Source: Barthelona sp. PCE (taxonomy: Eukaryota). Taken from it: DNA of 64,000 bases. The stretch spans positions 1,054,001-1,118,000 of the forward strand of contig JAUFOR010000003.1 in the NCBI GenBank assembly GCA_040285745.1. The letters run 5' to 3'. Positions 1 to 10,408 of the stretch are shown here, in pieces (positions within the stretch are counted from its first letter, which is position 1; each line of letters starts with the position of its first letter). The notes under the pieces were generated by a model. That model was not told the DNA's origin. It made no database searches and saw only the letters and a program-made list of their open reading frames with translations. The translations under genes were made by a program, and so were the position numbers.

Positions 1-1275
1 GAGGAAAGCATTATAGTTCTGCAGTGTGGTGAGGGCTTCCATGCCGTACACAGTGATGAGGTCGTCGTAGCGAGAATTGATGGGACGTACGTTGTCGAGG
101 TTGTCAAGCGTGGGCTTGAACATACAGGGTGTTTCCTCGAAGAAACAAAATTGTTTGATAGGTGTGAACTTTCTAGACACGGCCTTGAGGGCCTCCTGGG
201 CGACAATACCACCAAGTGCAGCAGCAGTGGGATTGATAGAGGTGAACCAACCCATGAAGAGTGCACGGAAAACAGGGAATTCCTCCTTTTCAATATCAAA
301 GGTGGTGTCGCTCACGAGGGAATCAAACATTTCGTACGCTTGCTCAGGCGACTCAAAGTTATAGATGCCCAATTCATCCATGAAGCGACCGGTAGACACA
401 AAGAACTTGTGAAGCTTACTGCTTTCGATCTTGTTTCCAAAGATCTCGATAATGTCAGGTGTGGCAACGGCCTCCTGATAAGACTTGAACTCAAAGGTGG
501 CGGGTTGTTTAACCTCAGCAACATAACCTCCGGAAATATACTCTCCGAATTCAGTTGCATCGACGCCTTCAAGCTCCATTGTGATACGGCCAACCTTCTT
601 GATGGAGAACTCTCCCTCGTTGAGCTGATCTGTGCCGCGCACATGCGTTAGCTTAACAATTGTGCCATCTGGTACGGAAATACTGTTCTCGTCACAGAGA
701 GTAACGAGACAGGGGTTTGTGTTTGACACACCATCGACAAGACCGGTCCATGGCTGGATATCGTCTGCCTGTGTGACTGTGAACTTGTCACCGAGATCGC
801 AGAAGAGACGACCGACAAAGCCACGCGCGCTTGCAACAATTACCTTTGTTCCGTGGTTGCGGGCTTCACTAGTGATGCCGTTGATCTCCTCCTCACGTGC
901 ATCAGTCAGAATAATGAGATCATACTTGTCATAAGGGATACCATCCTCCTTTGTAAGCTGACAATAGGGGTTAAGTTCTGTAAGATTTGCAAAGGCAGCG
1001 TCGACGCGGGTTGTGGTGCCAACGTGTTCCTCTTCAACGTAGAAATTACCGCAACGATCACGTAATTCGCAAGTGTTGTTATCGTGAACACCAACAACAG
1101 GAATACCGGCAAGAATGAGGTTTTTAGCGACCTCAACACCGAGACCACGAAGGCCAACGATCAATACTCGACTGGACTGCATAGCTTGCATCGCATCTTT
1201 ACCAAGAGCGTAAATCTGTCGAGAGTAGCGATCTTCGTCGATCTCTATCTCAGGTGATGATTGAATAGGTTCCAT
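1..1275 (-). CDS. UBA1: Ubiquitin-activating enzyme E1, N-terminal part (3' end beyond left edge; absent from ORF track)
   Basis: ATG at 1275 reads MEPIQSSPEIEIDEDRYSRQIYALGKDAMQAMQSSRVLIVGLRGLGVEVAKNLILAG, the E1 YSRQ...GLGVEVAKN motif; later AQEALKAVSRKFTP. Frame continues to the window edge. Confidence 0.95.
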   Translation of the reverse strand, partial: MEPIQSSPEIEIDEDRYSRQIYALGKDAMQAMQSSRVLIVGLRGLGVEVAKNLILAGIPVVGVHDNNTCELRDRCGNFYVEEEHVGTTTRVDAAFANLTELNPYCQLTKEDGIPYDKYDLIILTDAREEEINGITSEARNHGTKVIVASARGFVGRLFCDLGDKFTVTQADDIQPWTGLVDGVSNTNPCLVTLCDENSISVPDGTIVKLTHVRGTDQLNEGEFSIKKVGRITMELEGVDATEFGEYISGGYVAEVKQPATFEFKSYQEAVATPDIIEIFGNKIESSKLHKFFVSTGRFMDELGIYNFESPEQAYEMFDSLVSDTTFDIEKEEFPVFRALFMGWFTSINPTAAALGGIVAQEALKAVSRKFTPIKQFCFFEETPCMFKPTLDNLDNVRPINSRYDDLITVYGMEALTTLQNYNAFL

Positions 1276-1596
1276 GTATGTGTAAAAGAGTTAAAAATGG
1301 AGTAGCAAGGGCTCTTTGTGACCAAAGGTTCTAGATGTACTTTTTTAGGGTTGTGGTATCTGCTATAGGTATAGTAGCGGCAATAAACGTGGGTGGAGCA
1401 CATGATTGTGTTATGTGAAGAACTGGTCTGTTAAACCTGCACTTGTAGTACCTATATGTTTGAGCTATCTTGCTGTGATGTATGCGGGGTAAAGAAGTTA
1501 TTGGTCAGTATAGGCTGCTATTTATCTTTTGAGGAAGAGAATTGGTGCTGCATATAGTTTTATCTTCCTTTTACAGGGCTTTCTTTTTTATTTGGT

Positions 1597-2718
1597 CTAG
1601 TTCAATTCGGGTATAGGGAACATATGTAGGTGGCCCATTGAGGTTCCTATGTAGGCATATCCAACGGAGGATAGTGAGAGTGTTGTTGGTTCACCAATGT
1701 TGAGCTCTTCTTTCCCAATAACTTCCACAGTGCGCGTGTACATATCATTGATCACGGTTGCATACAGCCTACTGCTGACACTCCAGTGTAGCACAAGGAA
1801 GATATTTGCTGCACCAGCGAGAAGAAAGTTTTCGAGCACAGGTGTTGTTCCAACGCAATTGCCGTCATCTCGGTAAAGAACAACGCGCCCACCCAAGTTG
1901 AAGAGGACAGCGTTCCCACTGACAACGTAATGGAGAGACATGACGGGGAAATCAGTGAGACTCCTGCAGATTTCGGATTCATGGACCTTGTTCAAGAGAA
2001 TTCTCAACCATCCGGTTTCAGTGTGCACAAAAATTACATATCGCAAGTTGATGATTTCGTGGATCTTTGAGATGGCGTTGGAACACATTTTTCTTGCGTG
2101 AACCATGCTACCATCATCTATCAATTTAAGTATAAAATCAAATATGAACTTTTCAGAATCGGTGGAGTGCATACTGACACACACATGCAACTTACTAACT
2201 GCAAACAACTGGTTTTTAATGTACTCCATACCTCGTGTGTAAGGTTGGTGAAAAAATTTAAGTGACAGATCTTCAAGCGAGAATATGCTATATGCACCCA
2301 TCACTTCATCGTGAGTTATAACATAGTGCTCAGTAGCCCAGATTTTTGACTGGGTGGTAAGACCCTCAACCAATGTATATGGAACAGATTCGTTTTCGAG
2401 ATTTTCATTAATGCTGTATAGATAGAAAAGAACATTTTGATCGGTATAAGTCCATATTAAAACGATGTTTGCTTGCTCTTTAATGAGAAATGTCCCACCA
2501 AATGCGTAAGAGTCATTATTTTTTTTCCAAGCTCCGACTGCAATTCCATCTTTGTAAAATACAACGTTTCCAGATTCGTATATCGCTGCTGCGTGCCTTT
2601 TTCTACAAAATGTTGCTATAATATTATGTGGTAAGTTGTTGAATTCCTCATATAATGCGAAAGTTGTAGATGCGGAGGAAAGAATTTGCCGACGAGTGTA
2701 TCTGTTCCAGATACACAT
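1597..2718 (-). CDS. Hypothetical protein (~373 aa), beta-strand rich
   Basis: Long ORF; first ATG at 2718 follows a CCTTT-rich leader; TGTAAA downstream at 1570-1575. No family recognised. Confidence 0.7.
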   Translation of the reverse strand: MCIWNRYTRRQILSSASTTFALYEEFNNLPHNIIATFCRKRHAAAIYESGNVVFYKDGIAVGAWKKNNDSYAFGGTFLIKEQANIVLIWTYTDQNVLFYLYSINENLENESVPYTLVEGLTTQSKIWATEHYVITHDEVMGAYSIFSLEDLSLKFFHQPYTRGMEYIKNQLFAVSKLHVCVSMHSTDSEKFIFDFILKLIDDGSMVHARKMCSNAISKIHEIINLRYVIFVHTETGWLRILLNKVHESEICRSLTDFPVMSLHYVVSGNAVLFNLGGRVVLYRDDGNCVGTTPVLENFLLAGAANIFLVLHWSVSSRLYATVINDMYTRTVEVIGKEELNIGEPTTLSLSSVGYAYIGTSMGHLHMFPIPELN

Positions 2719-2884
2719 ATTCAGCAACTTTTAAAAGAGGGAAAGGATGATAGAAGTGAAAGCTGAAAACAGGTTTTTGCATTTCATTTTTCAACAAGTT
2801 TTACAGTATTGCACAGCGCAGAGATTCAAGAATAATAGTTTTCAAGGTTAATATTTCCTTGAAACAAAACAAAAACGCCACAAT

Positions 2885-3858
2885 CTACTGCATCAACGGT
2901 TGATTATATTGTGTTGAAGGAGCAGCATAAAAAGAATTTCTGGTAATTGAGGTCTTCTTTAAGAAAAACAACGTAGCGATTAATGGTAAAAAGAAGCATA
3001 ATTCATAAAGAAAAACGACACCGAAACTATTGGTCATCTGATCATTGCCGGATGGATATCTGTGATACTTTAACAGATGGTAGCTGTTGTAAAAGTCGAT
3101 AGAGCTTTGCAAAAACAAACAAATAAAGGCTATAACACCTATAACGATTAAAAATTGAATTTTAACCTTGAGTGTTTTTTGAGTTAAAGTAAGAGAAGCT
3201 GTGCTATAGATCTTGTAGTAAGCACAGTACGTGCATATGAAGAAGGAGATTGCGGTGACGAGAAGATAAACTGCTAGACTTAAATTAATAAAGCAAGCAA
3301 ACGTTGAAATTTCTCGATTGTGTGTTTTCCAAGGTGATGACATGTACATAATACTGAAAATGCACAAAAAGGATACGCTCAACACGAGTACAGGGTAATA
3401 AACCATTTTGAAGACCTTGTAAAACTTATGTCGGGGGAGGAATAATTTAAGATTATCCAAATAGAGTTGAAGCATCAAAGAATAGACAAAGTAACAACAC
3501 AGGGTGGAAACAAGGAAAGCAAAGTGTCTGAAAGGGTCAATACCTTGTGCATAATGAGAGAATCCTAAATGGTACAAGTCCCAGAACCATTTGGCACCTA
3601 GAGCTAAAAATTAGTGTTATGAATTGTTGCTGAGCCGATTTAGGAAAAAAAAAATCCAAACCTATTTTGAAAAAAGATAGAATCTCAACATAACAACATA
3701 CAAATACTGAAAATAAGGATAGAGATTGCCACAAACTGCTGATTCATGCGTTCTTTGTACTGTCCATGGTTTTTCTTAAACGTGGAAAGAAGAGCATATA
3801 AGATACAAATCAAACTCAGTAAGAGAAAGCAAACTCGAAGAATAGCTAATTCAATCAT
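2885..3858 (-). CDS. Multi-pass (~7 TM) membrane protein, THH1/TOM1/GPR137-like; exons 3702-3858 and 2885-3603 (291 aa)
   Basis: Exon 1 MIELAILRVCFLLLSLICILYALL...AISILIFSI joins in frame (phase 1) across intron 3604-3701 to the 230-aa hydrophobic ORF. Family call from topology only. Confidence 0.7.
3604..3701 (-). other. Spliceosomal intron, 98 nt
   Basis: GTATGT donor, ACTAATTTTTAG branch/acceptor; removal restores a continuous ORF with an ATG start. Confidence 0.85.
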
Positions 3859-4315
3859 CGATGTGTTGATCTGGGGAACGCGTCACCGTTTCAAAAAAGT
3901 GTCGAAAGAGGTGAAAAACGGGGAAACAGCCATTCACAAGTGAACTTTGCTTTGAGATCATTACATTCCGAATACTTGCGTTTAATGATTGTAGTTAGCC
4001 ACTAAATGTATGTAAAAATTCGGTGCGAGTGAGAGTTTCAGGGGAAATAGCAGTTTTCTTCTCTAAACTATAAAAGCTTGAAAAACAGATTTTTAACGAG
4101 CGTTTAGGCATTCAAGTACGTCTAGATAGCTTATGTTAAAACTAAACACGCATTTATAGATTTTAGTTTTCCCGGCATCTTTTATTTCATTTTGCACATT
4201 TTTCATTTTTAAATATGTCTCATGTGGTCTATTATTCTACGAGCAGTCAATTAAGGTCAGAAAAAAGTACCAATCATCGACTATAATAAGCTGTTTTCTC
4301 TTCTTCACCGCTTAT

Positions 4316-7300
4316 ATGAATTACCTTATTTTTATCATCGTAATAGCACTAGTTGCTACGGGATGTTTGGGGTTTGATGTCACAGAGTGTTCGTCAACAG
4401 AGTATTTCGATGTTGCATCTCTTAACTGCGTTTCTTGCGGCACAAATCAACGCGCAACCAACGATGGGCTTTCTTGTGAGTGCTTCCCAGGTAATTACAC
4501 AACTTCTGTGCCTGGCGCATCCACCCCTGCGACAAGAATTACTTGTACGGCATGCGGTTCTGGAAACGGTACGGACTCGAGTGGATATACATGCGCAAGT
4601 TGTGACTCAGGCTCAGGAGCATCTCTAGACAGCACTTTGCAGACTTGTATGTGTGCAGATGCAGGGAAATATGTTGATTATTCCACTGGTGTTGGTGTAT
4701 GTCAAGATTGTCCCAGCGGAACTGGATCGCGCGCTGACAAGCCATGGCAGTGCCTCAAGTGTGGCCCCAGACTGTCGTATTCATCATCATCTAAGACATG
4801 TGAGTGCGCCACTGGTTACCAATTAGTAACGCTAAACTCAGCTGTGTTCCCTGTTGAGGTAAGCGACAACCAACAAAACCCGCACTACTACACGATAGAC
4901 GATGCTAACCGTGGGTTTACATGTGTCGAGCAAACGGTTCTGAGCGCCTTCCTTTCTCAGTATCCTTCTTACAACAAAGTCGACATGAGAAAGGTATATT
5001 CAACTTCTACCGATACGTACAAGACGGTGACATTGACTAGCGCCCTGCTCACATCAATGCTCCCGACTGCTGCGGTTCGTTGTCGTCAGGAGAACGATGC
5101 GCGTATGTGTCAGGTATTGGGAAATCTCTGTGCTCTGGTCTACTTTGATAAGACGCATGCTGCATGCAAGTACTACGATCTGGTGTACCAAGAGCACATG
5201 GCCGTGACCAATGATCGGAGTGATTGGCCTGAGTTACTTCCTTTCCTCTATTATGATAACGCTTTGGCCACAACCATTTCCACTGAGATTGAGCAGAAGT
5301 ACGTGTTTAACACGGCAGACACGAGCGATCTGGACTCGTTTGAAGACAGAATAGATCTTATTGTTGCTAAATATGCTCTCAATGGTTCCTTTGTTGGTTT
5401 TGAACCAGTTGGTCCTCAGATTCATTCATGCGTTCGAACAAACACAGAGGCTGCACAGTGGCAGGCTTTCGGAGTCTCCCAGACTAAGCAGTGCCAGTTG
5501 GATCTCAGCGGAGCTATGCTTGAGCAGCATTTTTTTTATGACATTTACATCAGAGACATTGACCCAACTTTCGACGGTACATCAGACGGGCCCGTTTCCC
5601 TGGTGCCCGTTCCCGTCAGGGTGAAGAACCTGAGGAGCTCTTCGGGCGAGTATGTTAATCAAAATAGTGATGACTCTCAGTTGTCAGTCTCGGACGATAT
5701 ATTCACCAGGAGACTTTGGACGTTCGACCACACCCTCCCGCGCGATGATCTTGGCCAAGATTCGAGCTACTGTCGATATATGAAGAATATGAAGCTGAGT
5801 ATCACGCTTCAAGTATCAACACAATCACGAATTTACCCCCCTATCATCACAGTTGACTACGAGGAGGGCGCGTGCACGTCTTATAACTCTGGAAACGACC
5901 GCATTATGCCGCGTATTAGGGCAGCAGCCGCGCAATTCCGCAGCAATATGTTTGAAGTCGTCTACTCAATGAATCTTGATTCGATGTGGACGACAGTCAA
6001 TGTCTTCTTCTGGTCTGTGTTGGTGATGGTCCTCATCTTCCTCTTTATCAGAATGTACTTCTTCAACAGACAGCACGAGGCGAAGTTCCACGGCGTTCAG
6101 GGTACCATGTCACCACAGACGCATTCATCAAACTCTGTTCTCTTCTTCTTCAGGCAGATGAGTATAGTCGGGTCAACGGCATTCTTTATTTTCTCAGCGA
6201 TTCTCAGCATTTATTTTGTCCTCTTCTTTAAGTTCCAGGATACCGTGTACATGCTCCTCCCCACCGACTATTCCCAGTTCTACTTCATTGCAGGTGTATC
6301 TTTTGTCTTCCAGATATTAGCCATTTTCATAGATCTCATCCTTGTTTCCAAGACCCGAATTAACACCATCGACTGGGAGTACTCCAATGAGGAAGCGGAC
6401 GAGAACGATAAGAGAATGAGCACCGGTATTGACGAGAGCAGTGGTGACGTTAAGACTAATGTTTGGCGAAAACTGTATGTTTTAAATCAGTATCGTAAGC
6501 TACAAGCCAAGACACCTTATCACCGTTACCTGGTGATGATGACCATCTACCTTCTCTTTGACAAATTCGGAATCAGCGACACAGCCGCTCCGTTCCCCAG
6601 CAACAACGCCAGCGTCTTTGCTGACGATGACACGCTTGACAGCATGCACCCCCTCCTCCTACTGGGAGTCATTGCGTTCTGGTACATTACAGTGAGCGTT
6701 GTGGTTTTTGTTGTGGTGAGAATATTCAATGCTTATGTCTTCGACCCCTACTATCATTTCATCGACAGCACAACCCTCAGCAACATGTCTCTTCTTATAT
6801 CGAACCCGATGATCGACACTCTGTATCTCCACGGTAAGAATCCAAGTGGTCACAGCGATGTGTCAATGTATCGCGTGCTGGATGGTCTCAACCGAGAGGA
6901 GAAGGCACTGGTGGCTGGCAGAGCACTGAAGGTGCGTGGGCAGGGTCAGATGATGGGCGATGAGAAGACCATATCAAAGGCTAATACACAAGTTTTCAGG
7001 TTATTTATTCCTATCGATCTCCAATTGAAGATAAACCGTGCTTTAGTTAACGACAAGGACTACTCCATGTCGAAGATAGGCCAAATCGAGCAGAAAGAGG
7101 TTGATTTCACCAAAGAACTGAAGACTTTATTGAACAGCGTTGAGGAAGGTCAGATCGGATCCATCGTAAAGAATCAAACACTAGTACAGAAGGTATTCGG
7201 CTTCATTCCCGAGTTTGGCAACGTCAGCCAGACAGGAGAAGAGGATTTGTCAAAGAGAAGAAACTTTGTTTTCTTAAACCTCAGTGATCGTCAAATTCAA

Positions 7301-7507
7301 CATAGTTTCTTTTTCCAAAATTCTTTATGGAGGAGTGTGATCTTTGAGATTATGTTTATCTATATTTTCTGGTTGTTTTTGGAAAATTTCTTTTATAGTG
7401 TATTTTTTACTGCCTTGATTTGTTTTTTCCAAGGTATTATCAGGAATTTATTGATCAAAAACGCAATGTCAAAGTACTCGTTCATGGATATGAGGTTCTT
7501 AGATTAG
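4316..7507 (+). CDS. TMEM67: Meckelin (ciliary transition-zone protein)
   Basis: Signal peptide, Cys-rich repeats, CQVLGNLCAL, IDWE, VWRKLYVLNQYRKLQ, YLHGKNPSGHSDVSM and multiple C-terminal TM helices match MKS3/meckelin. Confidence 0.93.
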   Translation: MNYLIFIIVIALVATGCLGFDVTECSSTEYFDVASLNCVSCGTNQRATNDGLSCECFPGNYTTSVPGASTPATRITCTACGSGNGTDSSGYTCASCDSGSGASLDSTLQTCMCADAGKYVDYSTGVGVCQDCPSGTGSRADKPWQCLKCGPRLSYSSSSKTCECATGYQLVTLNSAVFPVEVSDNQQNPHYYTIDDANRGFTCVEQTVLSAFLSQYPSYNKVDMRKVYSTSTDTYKTVTLTSALLTSMLPTAAVRCRQENDARMCQVLGNLCALVYFDKTHAACKYYDLVYQEHMAVTNDRSDWPELLPFLYYDNALATTISTEIEQKYVFNTADTSDLDSFEDRIDLIVAKYALNGSFVGFEPVGPQIHSCVRTNTEAAQWQAFGVSQTKQCQLDLSGAMLEQHFFYDIYIRDIDPTFDGTSDGPVSLVPVPVRVKNLRSSSGEYVNQNSDDSQLSVSDDIFTRRLWTFDHTLPRDDLGQDSSYCRYMKNMKLSITLQVSTQSRIYPPIITVDYEEGACTSYNSGNDRIMPRIRAAAAQFRSNMFEVVYSMNLDSMWTTVNVFFWSVLVMVLIFLFIRMYFFNRQHEAKFHGVQGTMSPQTHSSNSVLFFFRQMSIVGSTAFFIFSAILSIYFVLFFKFQDTVYMLLPTDYSQFYFIAGVSFVFQILAIFIDLILVSKTRINTIDWEYSNEEADENDKRMSTGIDESSGDVKTNVWRKLYVLNQYRKLQAKTPYHRYLVMMTIYLLFDKFGISDTAAPFPSNNASVFADDDTLDSMHPLLLLGVIAFWYITVSVVVFVVVRIFNAYVFDPYYHFIDSTTLSNMSLLISNPMIDTLYLHGKNPSGHSDVSMYRVLDGLNREEKALVAGRALKVRGQGQMMGDEKTISKANTQVFRLFIPIDLQLKINRALVNDKDYSMSKIGQIEQKEVDFTKELKTLLNSVEEGQIGSIVKNQTLVQKVFGFIPEFGNVSQTGEEDLSKRRNFVFLNLSDRQIQHSFFFQNSLWRSVIFEIMFIYIFWLFLENFFYSVFFTALICFFQGIIRNLLIKNAMSKYSFMDMRFLD

Positions 7508-7558
7508 ATTGATGTGTAAAATGGTGTTTCTTATTTTTTCACTTTTCCAAAGTTTTTA

Positions 7559-8161
7559 ATGGCAAAGAAACGCAGATCATCGGGCAGGAAACGTCTGAAT
7601 CAGGTGAAGAATCTTTCTAAAACTAAAGAAACTAAAAACCCACTCATAGCTAATGCAATTGTTGATACTCAAAAGCTTCCTCGTTCATTGCAGTTGATAA
7701 ACCAGGCACTTGAGCGTAATGTGAAGAACCAGGGTAGGAAACAGAAGGCAAAGAGCAATCCTAACAATCCCAAAAATAATGATGTAATGAAGTTGCGTCA
7801 AGAACCAGGAGAGAACTTCTATCAGTTCAAGAACCGTTTATACCAAAAGTCTGAAGATTTACAACCAACAATGCGAGCAGAATCGAAGAGTGCATTGAAA
7901 AGAAGAGAGCGTAACAAACAAAAGCGGGAGAAAGCTCGTTTGAAGAAGCAGGAGCGTAGAGAGCGCAATGAAGAGAAACGTAGGCAGCGTGAAGAGAATA
8001 TTGACAAGATTGAGTTCGGCGAGGTAGTTCATGCTCCTCCTGATCTTCGAGAATATGATAAACACTTCAAAAAGCACGTCGTCAGCATTGAGGACATGGA
8101 GGAAAGAGATGAGGTCATTGCACTTTATCGTGCTATGAAGGGAAAGTATAAGAGTACTTAA
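7559..8161 (+). CDS. CCDC137: CCDC137-like basic coiled-coil nucleolar protein
   Basis: K/R-rich; RQEPGE..F..RL, DKIEFGEVVHAPPDL and ERDEVIALYRAMK motifs. Confidence 0.75.
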   Translation: MAKKRRSSGRKRLNQVKNLSKTKETKNPLIANAIVDTQKLPRSLQLINQALERNVKNQGRKQKAKSNPNNPKNNDVMKLRQEPGENFYQFKNRLYQKSEDLQPTMRAESKSALKRRERNKQKREKARLKKQERRERNEEKRRQREENIDKIEFGEVVHAPPDLREYDKHFKKHVVSIEDMEERDEVIALYRAMKGKYKST

Positions 8162-8162
8162 A

Positions 8163-8483
8163 TCATTTATCATTCTTCTTATTGGACACAGATTTTTTAG
8201 CCCTGGACTTCTTCGGTTTCACAACAATCTTAGATGCAAAATGTTCACGAAGATAGTCATTGTGGCGGAGTAGAACAAGTAAATCTTGCATATTAATAGT
8301 TTTACGTTTTCCATGTGCTGCAAACGTGACAAGATCATCAAGGTATCTTTCAAATAATTGTCCAAAAAGCTCTGTCGAAACGTGAAGCCCAACATTATCG
8401 AAATTCGCAATGTTATTTAAAGTCTGGCTAATTTGATATCTGAGGACCGTCCGTGGGTCCGTGGAACTGTCAGTTGGTTCCAT
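8163..8483 (-). CDS. CENPS: Centromere protein S / MHF1 histone-fold protein
   Basis: DLVTFAAHGKRKTINMQDLLVLLRHN matches the CENP-S signature; basic C-tail. Confidence 0.85.
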   Translation of the reverse strand: MEPTDSSTDPRTVLRYQISQTLNNIANFDNVGLHVSTELFGQLFERYLDDLVTFAAHGKRKTINMQDLLVLLRHNDYLREHFASKIVVKPKKSRAKKSVSNKKNDK

Positions 8484-8542
8484 GAGATGGTAAAGAAAAG
8501 AGACAGCTGGTTCGTTCCATTTCTCCTACCCATATCACAAAA

Positions 8543-8956
8543 ATGAATCTGGCAATCAGTTCAGTGATGCCAGCGAACGAAGATGTTCCGTTGAGAATGC
8601 TTAAGGGATTGTCAAGAGATATTGAAGATTGTTTGCAAGTTCTAAATCATATTTGGGCACGTTATAGCGATAAGGGAAACACGTCCAGGATACAGGAGTC
8701 GATTCTATCGATTCTAGACAATATAGGAGCTATTGAACAACGGTACGGACAGGTGTTTGATAATTTTCCCACACTTGTTACCCCCGTCAACTTCAGAATG
8801 GTACCTAATATTTCCATGCAGGACGTCAAGGAGATGAAGGCGTGTCTTAACCTGGCCCCTAAGACGGTGTATGATCCGGAACCAATAGAAATAGACAACG
8901 TTGATGAAGAAGCAGCACGCATGAATGCCAATATAACAAGTCTTTTCGAAACATGA
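8543..8956 (+). CDS. Hypothetical 137-aa protein (weak resemblance to Mediator MED8)
   Basis: ATG after pyrimidine leader and AAAA; helical N-terminus and KTVYDPE recall MED8 RTKPDPE; unverified. Confidence 0.6.
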   Translation: MNLAISSVMPANEDVPLRMLKGLSRDIEDCLQVLNHIWARYSDKGNTSRIQESILSILDNIGAIEQRYGQVFDNFPTLVTPVNFRMVPNISMQDVKEMKACLNLAPKTVYDPEPIEIDNVDEEAARMNANITSLFET

Positions 8957-8968
8957 CCACTTTTTACA

Positions 8969-10336
8969 TTATTCCATTTTGTTTGCTGTTGCTGCATCAA
9001 TGAGCTGATCTAGTTGCTGGTTCTCCATCGTTTTCATCTTAAGGAGCAGTGCTAACTTGTTGATCATTGTCTCGTGATTCTCTATCCTTTCAGCCACGCT
9101 GTTTATCGCCTCCGTGTTGCCTGTCGTGGCCGCTGTGCTGTCTGTAAGCACTTTCTTGACGGTTGGGATGATATCCTGAAACTTTGCTTGTTCGGCGACC
9201 ACGTTTTTGATAATTCCCACGAGAGAGTCTTTTAACTGAATAAATCCCTGCTCCAGCTGCCCATTCCTCTGCTTAAGTACGTTATTCTCCTCAGCAAGCA
9301 GTTTCATCATCTGTGGAAGACTCAACATCTCTTCAAATACCTTGGAATGCTCTTCCAGACGCTCATTCACCTTATCAAGGACCCCCACATCGGAAACAGA
9401 TGATTCTGCCTTAATTTCGGCTAGACTCTGTTCCAATGCCTTGAATCTGCTAGCAAGTTCATTGCTGAACTCACAACTCTTCTCAAATCCCTCAGTCATT
9501 GTCGAAAACTGGCTGTTGACCTGTGTTTCGAACTCAGACATCTTGGGAATGATTTCCTGCATTTGAGGAACTGCGTTTGCCATTTTTGATACAAGCTCGA
9601 ATAAGCTACCATAGTTTTCCTGCGAAACACATTGATTCAACACGATATCCTTGAACCCCTCCATCTGCTTGTTGTGGTGATCGGTGATCTCCATGAAACG
9701 CTCATGTGTACTTTTTTCCAGACTTGTGTGCTGTTCATTAACATTTTCAAAACGCTGATTTATGTTCTGAGCATAGCTGACACGTTCCTCGCCCATCCTT
9801 TGAAAAGTATCGCGGGTGGTCTGCGAAAGATCATCTACTTTTGCTGTTAGCCCATCCATATCTCTTTTCACTTCATAGTAATGATTCTGTTCATCCTTTA
9901 AAAGCTTAATAGACTGAGAAAGAGATTCAATGCGACTATCCAGTGTATCCATTCGAAGAGATTGGGTTTCATTAAGTCGGTTTGAAACAGGTGCCTGTTC
10001 GAATGGCTGTTTATGGCTCATTGTGCTGAATCGCACATTCTCTATCTTGTTATCGACAAGAGCAATAGCGTTCTGGTTCTTCAGATCCTGCTCACTGATT
10101 TTATCATTCAATAAGCGGAGCATTGACTTGAATTGAGAAATTCGTTCATCTAATACACCAAATTGTAGCTGGTGATCCGACATCTTGGCATCAATCGAGT
10201 GAATTGAATCTGTGACATCCCCCAAACGCTCAAGTTGCAATTCCAGATATCCTTGATATGCAATGCTATCCATTGTTATGGATTTAGCTGTTCTTGTCAG
10301 GGAGCTAGGCCTATTCCTACTCCTTGAAGAGTACAT
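8969..10336 (-). CDS. Coiled-coil protein (455 aa)
   Basis: Long heptad-rich ORF; AACCCTT leader motif; TGTAAA directly after the stop. Confidence 0.8.
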   Translation of the reverse strand: MYSSRSRNRPSSLTRTAKSITMDSIAYQGYLELQLERLGDVTDSIHSIDAKMSDHQLQFGVLDERISQFKSMLRLLNDKISEQDLKNQNAIALVDNKIENVRFSTMSHKQPFEQAPVSNRLNETQSLRMDTLDSRIESLSQSIKLLKDEQNHYYEVKRDMDGLTAKVDDLSQTTRDTFQRMGEERVSYAQNINQRFENVNEQHTSLEKSTHERFMEITDHHNKQMEGFKDIVLNQCVSQENYGSLFELVSKMANAVPQMQEIIPKMSEFETQVNSQFSTMTEGFEKSCEFSNELASRFKALEQSLAEIKAESSVSDVGVLDKVNERLEEHSKVFEEMLSLPQMMKLLAEENNVLKQRNGQLEQGFIQLKDSLVGIIKNVVAEQAKFQDIIPTVKKVLTDSTAATTGNTEAINSVAERIENHETMINKLALLLKMKTMENQQLDQLIDAATANKME

Positions 10337-10408
10337 TTGTCTTCGTTAAGGGTTAAATAAATTGTTACAGTTTTTAAAACTTTATCAAGCCATAACTTCT
10401 CCATCGAA

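Noticed and set aside
77-1157. Several short ORFs in the track (e.g. 151-651 +, 312-644 -, 632-934 +)
   Set aside because: They are antisense or off-frame shadows of UBA1, which the track missed because it runs off the window.
3604-3661. Shorter intron with GTTTGG donor at 3661
   Set aside because: The upstream frame hits TGA at 3744-3746 with no ATG; the GTATGT donor at 3701 fits the consensus and gives a full gene.
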